From NCBI RefSeq assembly GCF_009914755.1, contig NC_060935.1: a stretch of 64,000 bases of DNA. The stretch is one strand, 5' to 3'. Positions 12,125-26,409 of the stretch are shown here, piece by piece (within the stretch, counting starts at the first letter, position 1; each line of letters begins with the position of its first letter). The position numbers and the translations under genes were made by a program. The notes under the pieces are model-generated. The model searched no databases, had not been told where the DNA came from, and saw nothing but the letters and a program-made list of their open reading frames with translations. The stretch comes from the human T2T-CHM13v2.0 reference genome, Homo sapiens.

Positions 12125-12565
12125 TGTTATAAGTTGGGTTCCTCAGGAAATAGACACTGAATCTGAGATTCGCATCCAGAGGATTACTGGGGTGTCTTCT
12201 CAGAGAACATCTATGGGGGAGCAAGAGAAACAGGATAGGGCATAAGAAGTTGAATGGTGATACATAGCAGTTGCAACAGTAGCCTCAGCCAGTCTCATAG
12301 GGAGCTCTGAGGATGGGATGGCTATTTAGAGATGTTCTCAATTGAGGCTAGGAATCTGGCCTTTGGGCCCTTGAATCAACCAGTCATTGCCTGTAGGCTT
12401 CCCTTGGGGATGATGGCATAATCTTGGGTGAAGCATTCACCTTCAGTCGAGGGCAATTCCTAGAGAGCGATGCAGCTGGTGGCCCTCAGCTGACAATGGC
12501 ATCTGGAGGAATGAGTGTTTCAGACCCAAGGCAGGATCTAGGTGGTGCAACCACAGCATCCACTC
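12125..12565. mobile_element. Old ERVL-class LTR (LTR16/LTR33-like)
   Basis: TG...TTGGGTTCCTCAG...CTGAGAT start and GGATCTAGGTGG..CACAGCATCCAC end, typical of these LTR families as recalled. Confidence 0.5.
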
Positions 12566-14349
12566 TCTTAAATGACACTTGCTGAATACTGGGGCTATGT
12601 ATGGGAGGCTGGGGAGTTAGAGTGAAGACTTACAAGGCAAGGGAACTCTCCCTTAATCTAATAGTGCTTAGGAGACAAAGTTCTCCACATTCTTACCAAC
12701 AGATCTTTTTTTTTTATTATAGCCATTCTGGTGAGTGTTGTTATGCCATTGTGGTTTTAATTTTCTTATTACTAATAATGTTAAACATTTTTCATGTGCT
12801 TGTTAGCCATTCACCTATCTTTTTGGATAAAATGCTGATTTAAATATTTTTCTCATTTTAAAATTTGAATTGTCATCTTCTTATTAAGTTGAAGTAGTTC
12901 TTTATATATTCCGGATCCAGTGTCTTCGTCAGATATATGATTTGCAATTATTTTCTCCCAGTCTGCTGCTTGTCTTTTTCCCTCCCAAAAAAAAGTGTTT
13001 CAAAGTGCAAAATTTTAAATTTTGATGAAGTACAATTTATTTCTTTTATGAATCATGCTTTTAAAGTTGTATCTCAGAACTCTCCTCAACCTAAGTCATA
13101 AAGATATTCTGCTATATTTTATCTTAGAAATTTTACAGTTTTAGCTCTCACATTTAGGTCTGTGATCCATTTCAGGTTGATTTTTGTTTGGTTTGAGATG
13201 TGTAAAGGTTAATTTTTGTGTTTAGTGTGAGGTGTCTAAGTTAACTTTTTTTTGCATGTGGATATTCAATTGTTTCAGCACAATTTGTTCAAAAGACTCT
13301 CTTTCCCCCAATGAATTACCTTAGTAATTTTGATTAAATTAGTAAATTTGATTAAAATTGATGATCAATTTGCCATAAAGGTAAAAACTTATTTGTGAAC
13401 TCTCAGTTCTGCTTCATTTATTTATATGACCACACAGTCCTTTTTTGGTATAAATTTAAGCTGTACAAGTGCAGTTTTGTTACATGGATATGTTGCATAG
13501 TGGTGAAGTATGGACTTTTAGTGTAATCATTACCAAAATACTGCACATTATACCCATTAAGTAAATTCTTATCCCTCACTCTTCTTCCACTCTCCCACCC
13601 TTCCAGGTCTCCAGTGAGATTCCACATTCTTTGTTCATGTGTACACATTATTTAGTTCCCACTTATGAGAACATATGGCATTTCACTTTCTGAATTATTT
13701 CACTTAAGGGCCTCCAGTTCTATTTATGTTGCTGCAAAACACATGATTTTATTCCTTTTATGGCTGAATAGTATTCCATTGCACATATATATTCATTTTC
13801 TTATCCATTTTCTTTATCCAGCCATCGACTGATGGAAACTTAGATTAATTTCATGTCTTTGCTATTGGACCACACAGCCTTGATCATTGTATATTTATAG
13901 TAGGTTCTTGACATTGAATAGGGCACTTTGTTCTTCTTTATAATTTTTTTGACTCTTTGAGATCCTTTACATTACCATAAACATTTTAGAATCAGCCTGT
14001 AAGTTTCCACCAAAAAACCCTACAATGGTTTTGATAGGTATAGTGTTCACTTTATAGATCAATTTGAATATAATTGCAATTTTGACAATATTGAGTCTTC
14101 AAATCCATGAACAAAGAATCTCTCTCAATTTATTTAGATCTTTAATTTCTATCAGCAATGTTTTGTAGTTTTTGGTATACTATACTTGCACTTCTAAAAT
14201 TTATTTCTAAGTATCTTTTCTTTTTGATGCAGTTGTAAATGAAATTGTTTTCTTAATTTTATTTTTAGATCATTTGCTGCCAGCATATAGAAATAATGTT
14301 GACCTTGTATTTGGTGACCTTTCAAAACTAATTTATTAGTTCCAGTAGA

Positions 14350-14402
14350 CAGAGAGAGAGAGAGAGGAGAGAGAGAATGAATGAATGAATGAATGAATGA
14401 AT
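14350..14402. repeat. (GA)n-(GAAT)n compound microsatellite
   Basis: Directly visible. Confidence 0.9.
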
Positions 14403-15323
14403 GTGTATGTGTTCTTTAGTGTTTTTTACATGCAGGATTAGGTCATCTGTGAATCAAGGCAGTATTACTCTTTCTTTCCAATCTTGACACCTTTAGCTTC
14501 TCTTTCTTGCTTCATTGCACTGGCTAAACACCCTCCGTGTTGACTAGAAGTGGTAAAAACAACGTCCTTGCCTTGTTCCAGATCTTAGGGAGAAAGTATT
14601 CATTCTTTTACCATTAAATATGATGTTATCTTTGGCTCTTTATAGATGTCCTTCGTTAGGTTGAAGATGTTCTTTTCTATTTCTACTTTGTTTAGGGTTT
14701 TTTCATAAATGGGCGTTGGTTTTTTTCAAATGCTTTCTTCGTATCTATTGGCATGATCATATGATTTTTTTGTCTTTCATTCTATTAATGTAATTGAACA
14801 ACCATATTGAACAATTTTTGAATGTTAAAAAACTATGTTTCTGAGGATAAAGCCCACTTGTTTGTTGTATGTAATTTTTAAATTTCATGTTGCTGAATTT
14901 GGTTTGCTAATATTTTGTTTAGGATTTTTTCATCTATATTCATGAAGGATATTGGCCTGTACTTTTCTTGTGATATGTTTATCTGGCTTTGATATGGCAA
15001 TACTAGTATCATAGAATGATTTGGGAAGTGTTCCCTCCCCTATTTTCTGAAAGAGTTTCTGCATAATTGGTGTTATTACTTAAGTATTTGATAAATTCCA
15101 ACCAATGAAGCCACCTGGACCTGGTTTTTCTTGGGGGAAAGATTTTTTAATTACTAATTTCTTTACTTATTATAGGTATATTGATTTGTGCTCTAATCTT
15201 TGCTTGCTTTGAATTTTGTTTGCTTTCCCCCACCCCCATTTTCTTAAGGAGGAAGTTTAAATTATTGACTTGAGACTTTTTTTCTTTCCTTTCTCTCTTT
15301 CTTTCTCTTCTGATATAGGAATT

Positions 15324-15767
15324 TGCATTAGTCAGGGTACTCCAGAGAAACAGAACCAATAAGATCTTTCTCTCTCTCTCTCTGTTGATTTATTATAAGG
15401 AACTGGCTTGGCTCACATGATTATGGAAGCTGTCAAATTCTAAGATCTACAGGGTGAGTCAGCAAGCTGGAGATCTAGGAGAGATGATGGTATAGTTCCT
15501 GTCTAAAGGCAGGAAAAAGCCAATATCCCAGTTAGAAAGGCATCAGGTAGGAGTAAGTCTCTCTTACTCAAGGGAGGGCGAATCCATTTTTTCTATTCAG
15601 GCCTTCAACTAATTGGATGAAGGCAATTAGTGGAGGGCAATCTACTTTACTTAGTTTAATGATTTAAATGTTACTCTCATCCAAAGATACCCTCACAGCA
15701 ACACCCAGAATAACATTTGATCAAATTTCTGGGCACCCTGTGGTGCCGTAAAATTAACCGTGACAAC
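15324..15767 (-). mobile_element. MLT2 (ERVL) LTR
   Basis: TGCATTAGTCAGGGTACTCCAGAGAAACAGAACCAATA...AAATTAACCGTGACA is the reverse complement of an MLT2 LTR. Confidence 0.8.
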
Positions 15768-17646
15768 ATTTAAAGCTATAAAGTTTCTCTCTAAACACTG
15801 CTTTAGCTACATCTTATTAATTTTGATATGATTTTAAAAATTCAGTTCAACATATATAACTTGGCTTGTGATTTCTTCTTTGATCTATGGGTTATTTTGA
15901 AATGTACTGTTTTCCAATATTTTGGAATTTCCCATAGTTTTCTGTTTATTTATTTCTAATTTAGTTATTAATTCTGTTACTCTATAGAGCCAATTGCATT
16001 TGAATTCCAAGGATGAATGCCGTTTCCAGGCAGAAAGCTAGAGTGAACTAAAATTTAATCAGTAAAGAGAAAAAAAGGGAAGGGAAGGACTTCCCAGAAG
16101 GAGAGACCAAGCATGGATAGTATCAGCACAGGCTTGAAAACACACGTGCTTAGGGCTGGCAAGATGTTCAGTGTGGCTGGAACAAAGGAAGTGTAATTTG
16201 TGTCTTCTTTGTTTTTGTCTTGGTTAGTATAGCTAAAGTTTGTTAATTTATTTGATCTTTTCAAAGAACCTATTTTGCTTTCATTTGTTTTCTCTACTAT
16301 TGTTTTTCTTTTCTACTATATTGATTATAAAGGATATGTAGCAGCGGTACAGAGGAAATTGTGGGACATGATGTAAAAAGGTAGTGTCAAAAACTCCATG
16401 GTGTTCAGATTCCAGCTTCACTCTTCAAACTCTCTTCTGAATAGTTTTTCATTCTCTATGATCCCAAGGATCATAGAGGAGGGATGTTTTCTCAGGATAT
16501 TCTTGGCTGAGCACCAGCACCAAGGAAGCAGTTCTTGGAAGAATAAGACCTGAGCAAGAAGTGAGTGGTATCTCTGCTAATTACTCTTCTAGAAGTCTAA
16601 TAGTCCATCTAGCCTGTCCTTGAGAGTTGGTCATATAGGACCTATTCGTTGCTGGCAGTGGAGATCCTGAGGCTGAGGTAGCAGCAGGAGTAGGACCCTA
16701 AGCATGATTTATTGATTCCTTGATTATACAATGAAATTAGAGGCAGGAAGCTGCCATCTCCACATGTCTTAACATCTTAGCAGTATCTAATTTCAGGGGG
16801 CTGCAAGCTCTCTCCTGCCCCCACCCCTATGATATGGGCTCTGCTGAACATGAGAGAGATGAAGGCTAGCACTGAACTTGGTCTAAGAAACACCCAGGAT
16901 GGACTGATATTACTCACTAAGAAAACTGCTTTGTGTTGCTCAACTACTTCAGAGAGTGAAGGATGGAAGCCAGAGTGTGTTCCAGAGCCAGGAAAATGAA
17001 ATCAAGTCTTCCCTAGATCTCCCTATGGTGCTGTTCCTCTCACTGCCTCTCTTCCTCCTCACTGCTTGGCAGGCTGACCCTCCCCACCCACATTTCTCTG
17101 GTTTTCCTTTTAGAAAAAAGAATGTCTAAGACTCAACAACCCACAGGGCAGTGACCTGAATAGTTAGCGAGCTGCCGTTAGCCACTCAGCCTTCACACAC
17201 TGCCGAGACTTGAAGGGTGTGTATGGCTGACATGGACTAAACTCCCTGATGGGTGGGCTGTGCTTTCTGGCTAGTGGCTGTGCTCACATTCTTCATCTCC
17301 CCATGACTCCCACCCATCTTTTCCTCTTGGGACTCAGTGTAAACACTGCTCTCCCTGAAGCCTTCTCTTACATTTCCATAGGAAGTATCCTCTCCCTTTT
17401 CTGACTGCCCTCAGTTTTTATCTGTTCTTTCATGAACTTACCACTTTCTCCCTTATGGCAAAATGAATTGTGTCCAATCTCCTCCACTAGATCCCGAGCT
17501 CTGTAAAGGCAGGATTCTAGATGAGATTCTGCATTTCCCACAAGGCCTGGCCAGTAGTTGGTGATTAATGGTTGAAGAAATGCTTAGGAAGGAACTCAGA
17601 GGAGGGTTCAGAAAAGTGAACTCCCAGGGCCTTCAGAGACAAGGCT

Positions 17647-17652
17647 TTTATT
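17647..17652 (-). terminator. ME3: ME3 polyadenylation signal AATAAA
   Basis: TTTATT on the plus strand, 150 nt downstream of the stop codon. Confidence 0.8.
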
Positions 17653-17802
17653 CACTGTATGCCTTGGCATCTCCTCTCACACCAGAAAGTTTAAAAGAAA
17701 AAACACAGCGACAAGGATTCACTTGGGCCATTTTGGAACCCATTTATATTGTGGGTGTTACTCTGGGCTTCATCTAGCCCCATACTAGCCTCTGAGACTG
17801 CC

Positions 17803-17964
17803 TCAGACCGTCTGAACATTCATGGCTTCCTTGGGCCAAGTGTAGCTGTCCAGTGTAAAGGAGTCATAGTCTGGAGTGTAGACCAGGGATCTTACAAAAG
17901 CCTCCTTGTCCTTAGGCTCTGGGTAGTAGGAAGCCAGGTTGTGTTTGTACGCGTAGTCGAGAAC
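17803..17964 (-). CDS. ME3: ME3 terminal coding exon (VLDYAYKHNLAS...AMNVQTV*)
   Basis: ctctag|GTT acceptor; 162 nt = 53 codons plus TGA. Not present in the supplied ORF track. Confidence 0.96.
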   Translation of the reverse strand, partial: VLDYAYKHNLASYYPEPKDKEAFVRSLVYTPDYDSFTLDSYTWPKEAMNVQTV

Positions 17965-19344
17965 CTAGAGAAAAACATGTTTGGCTAAGGAACCGGATCT
18001 AAGGGGAAACCTGCTTAAGGATCCTTGCTTGGGAGCATGGGGGAGGGGAATACACCTTAAGGAACCAGACTTGTTTCTTTCATGAGTATGGCTCATGAAA
18101 CAACTGGATAGGAAGGATTTTAAGCTTTCTTTCTGGACAGGCAGCTTTAACATAGTGGAATAAATACTGAGCCAGGGTCAAGAGGCTTCAGCATAAATTC
18201 TGCCTGCTTCCAAAGGCCTGTGGGTCCTCAGAGCTGATATTATCCTTGCTGAGCCTCAGTTTCCTCATCTGTAAAATGGGAGTAAAGAGACCTTTCTCTG
18301 GAGCAGTGTTAAGATAAAATTAGACAAGAGGCAAATGTGTCCAGAACCTGATTTTTTTTCCACTTGAATATGGGTTAAATTGGATGAACAGCCTGGACAC
18401 TGTTCTCTGGGTATTAGATTTGGCTTCACGAGAATGTGAATCTAAATATCGCCCAAAGGAAGAAACTGACGGGGTGAAGCTGGACCCTGAGCTGGACTGT
18501 TAATCTTGAGGCTTGATTCTGGATTCTGTACCAGACAACTCATGGGTGTGTGTGCTGTTGTACAATGCATTTTCTGAAATTATTTTTAAAACTTATAGAA
18601 AATGTAAAACATGCATACTAATAGAAATAATAGTATGATAAACTGTCATGTATCTATTATCCAGCTTTAACAATTATCAATGTTGGGCCAGTCCTTATTG
18701 CACCATGTTCTGATTCTTTGAAAACCCATCATCTCTGCACAGTCTTATAGTCTGGAATATTCCATGAAGCTGATCACCCCATAGCCAGCCATTCTGAGAA
18801 AAAGGGGAAGAAAGAGATTTACCCTGGCTGAGAGAGCACTGGGTATGGAGCTTTTTCACTGTTCTCTGCCAATCTCCAGAATTCTGAGAGTGAGGAACTA
18901 CTGGCCCTTTGAAGAAGGAGGAAACTGAGGCTCAGGGAAGTGAAGTGATTGGGCCAATATTATACCATTGCTGATTGGGAGAGCTGGGACCCCAAAGCCT
19001 GAGCTTTTTCCGTGATGCTATGCAAGCTGACCTTTCTTATAAATGGGCGCTTATGAGTCATTTCTAAAAAATTCCCATATTCTGGTCCACAGACATTGAT
19101 GACCTTTCTGCTTGGTGTATTAGGGGAAATCCAGGAGCTTTCCCAGAACTGGCCTGGGTGGGTGTTTGGGGTGGAGCTCAAGCTGCAAACAAGAGTTTGT
19201 CACCCAGCCTCTGGGTTACAGGTAGTGCAGCTCAAGGAGATCCAGTGTCTCCACAGTTTCCATCCCCTTAACCCTCCTAAAGTCACAGACAGAGAAAGTG
19301 GTTGAGCCTCACTACCCATATTACAGGGGTAGGATGCCCCTTAC

Positions 19345-19443
19345 TTTGATGGCAATTCTCAAAGACACGTCTCGGATGGTGCTGAGTGGTGGATAGAGTC
19401 TCCCCTGGGACAGATGCTGCTCAGAGACTTCCTGGGCAATTTG
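19345..19443 (-). CDS. ME3: ME3 exon (QIAQEVSEQHLSQGRLYPPL...IAIK)
   Basis: ccccag|CAA ... AAA|gtaag; 99 nt, phase 0/0; GRLYPPL malic-enzyme motif. Confidence 0.96.
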
Positions 19444-20289
19444 CTGGGGAGAAGGAGAGAACCGAGAGGAATAAGCTGAGTCTCTGCCTTCCCAAAACAA
19501 GCCCAACCCGTTACCCCAGAGACTCACCCCACCCTGCATAGTTGGTCAAACACTGCAGTTCCAACTGTTGACTCTGTTACCAGGGAAGCTTAATGCTTGG
19601 GCGTAAGAGAGGACACATCCTTTCTGTACTATAAGACTGGCTGAGGCTTAAAACAACATTAAGTGTCTCTGAATTCCAAAGGAAAATCACTAAAGCCAAG
19701 ATGAATAAATCTGTGGCCTGCAAAGCAAAGGCTATGAGATCTCCTCTTGGCTGGTCCAGCCTGTTGCATAGGGATCCCTGGGTCCCTCACTTCCTGGGTC
19801 CCAGCCTCCTTCCACGTGCTTGGTACCATCTTGAGTGACCATCTAGGCTATGTTATATCTTTGTGTTCAGTCTCCTGGAGCTCTTCCTTCCAGCCCTGGT
19901 CTCAGTCTGAGGAAGGCCTCTCCTCCAGTGAGTGATTGAGTCTTACACCTTATTGGAATAAATGTCCTAAGCACATCATCCTGAGAACAGAGCCTCCCAT
20001 AGCTTCCCTTCCAGGTTCAGAGCTTGCCTCTGAGGGTTAAGCCTCATCTGCCACAGGGCCTGATCCTCCAGGCTCAGATGCTGGAGTTTGTTCAGCCTTG
20101 CAAATCAGCCTCTTTAATGTGGTGGTTCTGAATCTACTCCCACTGAGGCTTCTGGTGTTAAATTTAGACTTGGGAAATGCCACTGGTGCTCTCTGAGAAC
20201 TGTGTGTCTCAGAAGTGACAAGGCCAAGAAGTTGGTCTCCCCTCAATGTTTTCAGATATTAGGGAAGTGGGCCTCCCTCTCTACCTCCT

Positions 20290-21030
20290 TCTCACACTTC
20301 CATCTTTCTTTTCCATTCATTCAGTCATACATTCACTGTGCTCTACTATATCTTTCAAAACAGAGAGAAGGCCAAGTCTGTCTCCTAATTTCAGACCTTT
20401 ATATGGCTCCTTCAAACTCCTTCCCATGGTGTCCATACAAGGCACTTCATCACTGGGCCCTCCTTTCCTCTTCAGCCTCACTTTTAGTCTCTAGACTCTG
20501 TGCTAGGTGCTGAGGAGCCATATAAGGAAGGATTCTATGGTGGAGAAGCCATAGTCTTTTCTCTTATGGAGACTGGTGTCAGTGGACAAGTAACAAATGA
20601 TTATAGCAATTATAGTGGGTGAGTGCAATGAGAGGGGACATACAGGCATGGAGGATGGCAGGATCCTGTCTACCATGTATAGGAAAGGCTTCTCAGAAGT
20701 GTCACAGGCTGATACCTGAAGGACAAAGCATGAATTAGGGGAGAGAGAATGGCCCATGCAAATGCTGGGAGGTGAGAGAGAGCATGGACAAGAGATTGAA
20801 AACAGCACATTGGTTAGGTCGATGTTAGGGAGACACCAAAAGTGAGGTTGGAGAGGAAAGGAGGGCCTGGTGATGAAGTGCCTTGTATGGAAATCATGGG
20901 AAGGAGTTTGGACTTTATCCTGTATGCACCAAGGAGCCATACGAAGGTCTGAAATTAGGGGAGAGACTTGACCTGACCTATGTTTTGAAGGATTCTCTTT
21001 GTGAAGGTATAGAAGATGGATTGATAAGAG
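20290..21030. mobile_element. L2 fragment containing an internal inverted duplication
   Basis: CATTCATTCA tail and CTGTGCTAGGTGCTG L2 motif; 20350-20492 is the reverse complement of 20827-20993. Confidence 0.7.
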
Positions 21031-22837
21031 AGAAGCAAGATTTCCATGGCTAGATATGCATCTAGAAAAGTTATCCTGAGAAGAGATATATCATGGTATG
21101 TGTGATCACATCTAAGACGGTAGGCACTGGCAATGCTCTTCAGCAGGGAGTCAAGTTGTCTGGAGCCATCCTGGGCTCACAAGACCAGCGATCTTGAGCA
21201 AGTGACTTAAACTCACATATGAGTAAGAATTTTACCTATTTTACAGAGTTGTTACAATGAAAGGAGGTGGTGAATGCACATCTCCTTAAAGTCTATATTA
21301 ATTTTCCATGGGAAAATCAAATTCAACTTAAATTATCTTCACTAAAAGTACCCTTTTCAGAAATATAACTTGCCAGGCCTTTGAAGACCATAATGTGAGC
21401 TCCTATAGGGGAGGGACCTTATCTTGCTCACAGCAGGTGATAATAAGTAGATCCAGGAGAGGTTCCTGTGTAATTGATGGACACTGTTCATGAAATGTTG
21501 GAGCTGAACTGTCTCACAGCACTGGAGGTAGTGGGGCAGATGTGTGGATGTCCCATGGTATTATATAGGCAGGACTGTAGCAATTGTGTTTTTACTCAAC
21601 AGAGGACTTTGCTTTCAGGCTGACTTCAAGCAGAAAGTGACTCTTTCCATCCAATGGGGACTTCACACAGCTCTGCCCACAGCTACAGGACAAGAACACC
21701 CATCATAGCAATGAGAAGAAAGACAAACAGAGTACTCAGACAAGAGGAACAGAGAACTGTAACACAAAGTCATAAGTAGTGTGCGTGGGGCTGGGGGCAG
21801 CTGAAAAGCCTTTGGAAGACATTATTTGCACAGCCTTGGAGAGCCAGGGCTCAAAGACTAGACATAGTAAGAAGGGACCTGGTGCATGAGGTAGCTCCCT
21901 GTGGGACTCACAGAAGTGGATCCAGACAGGGCTGTGTGGAAGCCATACCCATGTCTCATTGGTTTCAGGCTTTCACCAGTGCCTCAGTGAGAAGGAAATG
22001 CAGAAGGATGTTAGAAGTCACAGGAGAGCCTTTGGAGCTTGTTACGTGTAAATATGTTTAATATTTGTATATGGCTTTGATTAGCTTAACCTCTCAACAG
22101 AGACATTTCTATGCCTTGCTTTTGTCAGAGTGAGGATAAATGTCAAGTGCCTGGCACTTGGTAACTACCTGGTAATTTCAGCCACTGTAACTGTTATCAA
22201 TAACCATGAGTGTGAATATAGGCTGTCATTCTTAATGGATTCTTTCATGGTTTTCATCATGTCTAGTAAAGAACTCTTTTGTGCGCTTATCTAGTAAGAT
22301 ACCTGGAATAGGTACATCTCCAATACTTCATATCAGTGCTCAAGATCTGGGTCCTCCAAGGAGAAAAAAACAAGTATGACACCCACCCCCTCCCTTACAG
22401 AAAGCTGTCCTAGTGGGGCTTACTACCGCCAGTTACCCCAGTGATTTGGTTAAGGCCTGTGGCTGGAAGAATCCATCACCTATCATGGTCCACAAGCCCT
22501 CAGTTTCAGGTGGCTTTGATGGCATCTCTTCTGTCTAGGCATCTAGATGGCATTGCTAGGACGCAGGGGGCAGTATGAGGCATGTCTCCTCCTCTGTCAG
22601 TGCCTCTTGCTAATACCCTTCACCACTATTCCCCATTCCCCCTCAAAAGCCCCATGTGTGATTGAAGAAGTCAAGCTTCAAGGTGGCCATGAGAGATGCT
22701 TGAGGTTTAAGCACTTTGGGAATCCACTGGCAATGTTGGGGCAGATGGGCAGAAGAGATAAGAGAGATCTGGTATAGGACCCAGTGTCAACCCACAGACC
22801 CTACTGCAAGCATTTGAGGGAGCAAGGACAGTGATAC

Positions 22838-23011
22838 CTCTGCTGTCAGGAGGAAGATCTCATCTGGGATGTGCCGGATCCCGCCGGCGATGACTCCCAG
22901 TGCCACCCCGGGGAACACGTAAGCATTGTTTCCCTGCCCAGGAATGAAGGTCTTGCCATCTTCCAGAGTCACACTCTTAAAAGGACTTCCACTGGCAAAA
23001 ATCCCTCGGCC
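22838..23011 (-). CDS. ME3: ME3 exon (GRGIFASGSPF...PGQGNNAYVFPG...LLTAE)
   Basis: ctccag|GGC ... GAG|gtatc; 174 nt, phase 0/0; ASGSPF and QGNNxYxFPG motifs. Confidence 0.97.
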
Positions 23012-23588
23012 CTGGAGGCAGGAAGAAAACCAGAGATGAACTTGGAGATTGGTTTGGGGTAATAATAGTGGCCTATTCTTATCTTCCAAATGTTGGACCC
23101 TTCTTCATCCTCTCCCAAACGCCCAGCACTGTGCTGAGAACATGGCAGGTATTTAAAGCACATTTGTCATTTGACCAGAAAGCTCAGCCCTCACCTGTTA
23201 TCTAGCAGCCAAGAAACTGCTGAAAGGTGATGGGGTTCACAGCACCATTTTTGTCACCTCCTGGTGGGGCCAACCCAGGACATGACAGGATGTGGCCTAG
23301 AGTCTACAAGTGCCTCAGGTTTTGGGTGCTGGTCAAAGCTCTGTGTTATTTAGGGTGAACCTTGAGCAGCATAGCACAAATGTAAGAACTTGGGCTTTGG
23401 AGTCAGACCTGGGTTTGACAGCCAGCTCCACTCCTTATTAGCTCTTTGACCTTGGGCATGTTACTTCATCTTTCTGAAACTCAGTTTGCTCATCAGCGAT
23501 GTAGGAGTATTTTTCACCCTCATGAGGTTACTCATTGTAATTGTTACTATGTCCTCTCAGCCGGGGGAAGGAAGGACTCCCCGCTGAC

Positions 23589-23731
23589 CTCGGTGACCCG
23601 GTAGCACTTCTCAGCCGTGCACTCGGCCTTGCTGGTGGGGTTGCTCAGGGCAAAGATGATAGGGCGCTCGTGGAAGGAGGCCATGTCCCTCAGAATCTGC
23701 TCCGTGAAGGCTCCTGCGATGGCAGCAACAC
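23589..23731 (-). CDS. ME3: ME3 exon ([11 protein letters not shown]...[15 protein letters not shown]...VTE)
   Basis: ctgtag|GT ... GAG|gtcag; 143 nt, phase 1/0; [10 protein letters not shown] motif. Confidence 0.97.
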
Positions 23732-23963
23732 CTACAGGGAAAAGGCGGGTAGTGGGGATGCCTGCTCTCTATAAACAACCCATTCCTCTTCTGCTGGTGG
23801 TGGTGGGGGAACTAGGAATACCATGAAAGACTCGGTCTTGGGCCCAGCATCTGCCACAAGGACTGAAGGAGCAGAAGGGAAAATGATCTTCCTGCTTGAG
23901 CTGCCTGAGACCTCCTTTTCATCTCTAAGGGACCACTGGTCCACCTCAGGTCCCTGCCAGTTA

Positions 23964-24400
<437 letters not shown>

Positions 24401-24670
24401 GACAGAGAGAAAGAGAGAGACAGACTAGCCCTGCACTTACTCACTGCATTGTATATTTCTGCATCACTGAGCCCTAAATCTGGTGCCTTAGTTTTGTGGT
24501 TTCTATACAATAGTCACTCAATAAAAGTTTGTGGCATTGAATTGCACATGGGATAGGGGAAAGAGCTGTTTCCATGGGTTACTTAGGCTTCCTAGCTGAG
24601 CCTCTGTCTCTCCATCTGCAAGTCAAGAGGGTTAGCTGGGCTGGGTAGTGGGTACCCTCCCTCCTCCTAC

Positions 24671-24776
24671 CTATGATGGCTGTGGGCTTCACCAGCCTCA
24701 CCACCTCCTCCAGGGAGTTGACTTCAGGATGGTCTTGGGCAAACATCTCCTTTTCATGGTTCAGGTGGCTCCTCCC
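24671..24776 (-). CDS. ME3: ME3 exon (GRSHLNHEKEMFAQ...VKPTAIIG)
   Basis: ctgtag|GGG ... ATAG|gtagg; 106 nt, phase 0/1. Confidence 0.96.
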
Positions 24777-26409
24777 CTACAGGAAAAGGAACACAGAGCA
24801 GTTGTGGTCGTGATGGCCTGTTGGGTAGGAGTACAGATGCATTTGGAAACTCTGAGAGCGTTTCCTGCTGAGCCCCATGCTTTGGTTTGAGCTGTCAGAT
24901 GTTTTGGGGCCCATCTTCTTGACTACATTTCCTGGCAGAACCTATGGTGGGACATAAGTGTGAGAGTGGGGTGTGTGTGTGTGTGCATGTTTCTTTAACC
25001 CAAACCACATATGGAGAATCCATAAAGAATTTATTTGAGCTGTTAGGATTATGGCTTCCTGGGCCAGGACAGAAAGGCTTTTGGGCAATGCCTGAGTCTC
25101 ACCAAGACCCTTTGGCCCAAGGCATCCAGCACCAAGCTCAGTTGAGGGATGGGGACCTGTGCCACCCAGGGTCAGGGAGCTAATTTGAATATGCTTATAA
25201 GAGCCATTAATTCCCCTGTCAATAATACTAAACTAAGCTCCAGGAAGGTCTTAGAATGACAGGCCATGCCCAACCAGCTCCAGTTCCTTACATTTCTTCA
25301 AATGGAAGTTGGTAGGTGACAGGCTGGCATAAGTGCTGGTAAATGGGTTCAGATGCTTTTGATGACTGCTTTGGATTAGCTGGCCTCATAGGAACCAGTG
25401 CAAAGATGTCAGCTTTGAGAGCTCCTTGGCTAGGGTTGATGGAATGAGAAAAATGATGTTGAAAGATGGATAAGAGGGAAGAGTGGCTGTCTCTGGCAGC
25501 TTACACCTGTGGCCAGATTATGCTCTGGAAAGACGTAGGGGTGGGTGGGGAGAGGAATCTCCAAGGCTAAGTTCCTTTCAGCAGAAATCTGGCCCCATAT
25601 GGAACAATAGGAAGCTCAATTCTGCTGAGGATCTCTGCCATTCTTGGTCAATGTCCTTATGTACTTCCCCTGTTCCCATCTCTGCCATAATTTTTCATCT
25701 CTCACTGACATTCTATGTTAGTGAAATTCTGGGAATTAAAGCACTGAGTGTAGCTCTAATGGAGGGGTCCTTCAGTTGTGTCTCTCAACACATGCTAGCT
25801 GGAAGCTGGACTGTTTCTCTCTCATTCATGCTTTCACTCATGCCTCACACATTAATTATGCACTTACCATGTGCCAGGCATTGATATCAAGACTAGTCTA
25901 GTGGGGAAACTGGAAAGGAACAACTTCTCTACAGTGTGGTAAGTACAATGTATGGAGCATAGATGCAGGAAATAAGCTTTTTGGAGGGGGTAACATTTGA
26001 GCACTATCAGAAGATAAGGAGGAAACTGGGAAGGGGTTAAGGGTTGAGAGTTGGCATGTGGAAAAACAGAGGAGAGCAATTCAGGCAGAACAAGATGTGT
26101 AAAGATGTGGAAGACAGAGAGCAGGCTGCTTTTGGAAACTATGATTTAATGTGGCTGGAGGCTAGTGCAAGTCAGGAAGTGGTGGGGGACAAGACTAGAA
26201 GGGGCACACATCTACACACTTGTACAAACTTTTGGACAGAAGCAATTAAGGCTACTTTGGGATGAATCTTTTGCTTTGGAGCTTAGGCCATTGCCCTCAT
26301 TTTGCTCTCTATTCTGTTTGAGCAGTTGACTTCTTGGAGACCTCTTCCAGTCCAGTTCCTGGGAGCTATAAGGTGTCAGGAAACCTCCAGGTCTCCAGAC
26401 TGACAGTAC

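Larger units (their letters stand above)
12685..16330 (-). mobile_element. Old L1M fragments with nested younger L1 3' end (~13440-13868), MLT2 LTR and L2 piece
   Basis: T-rich antisense L1 ORF2/3' UTR sequence (e.g. GATCTTAGGGGAGAAAG, GGTTTGCTAATATTTTG). Confidence 0.75.

Noticed and set aside
13321-13357. Short tandem duplication TTAGTAA(T/A)TTTGATTAAA
   Set aside because: Ordinary slippage duplication inside an old L1.
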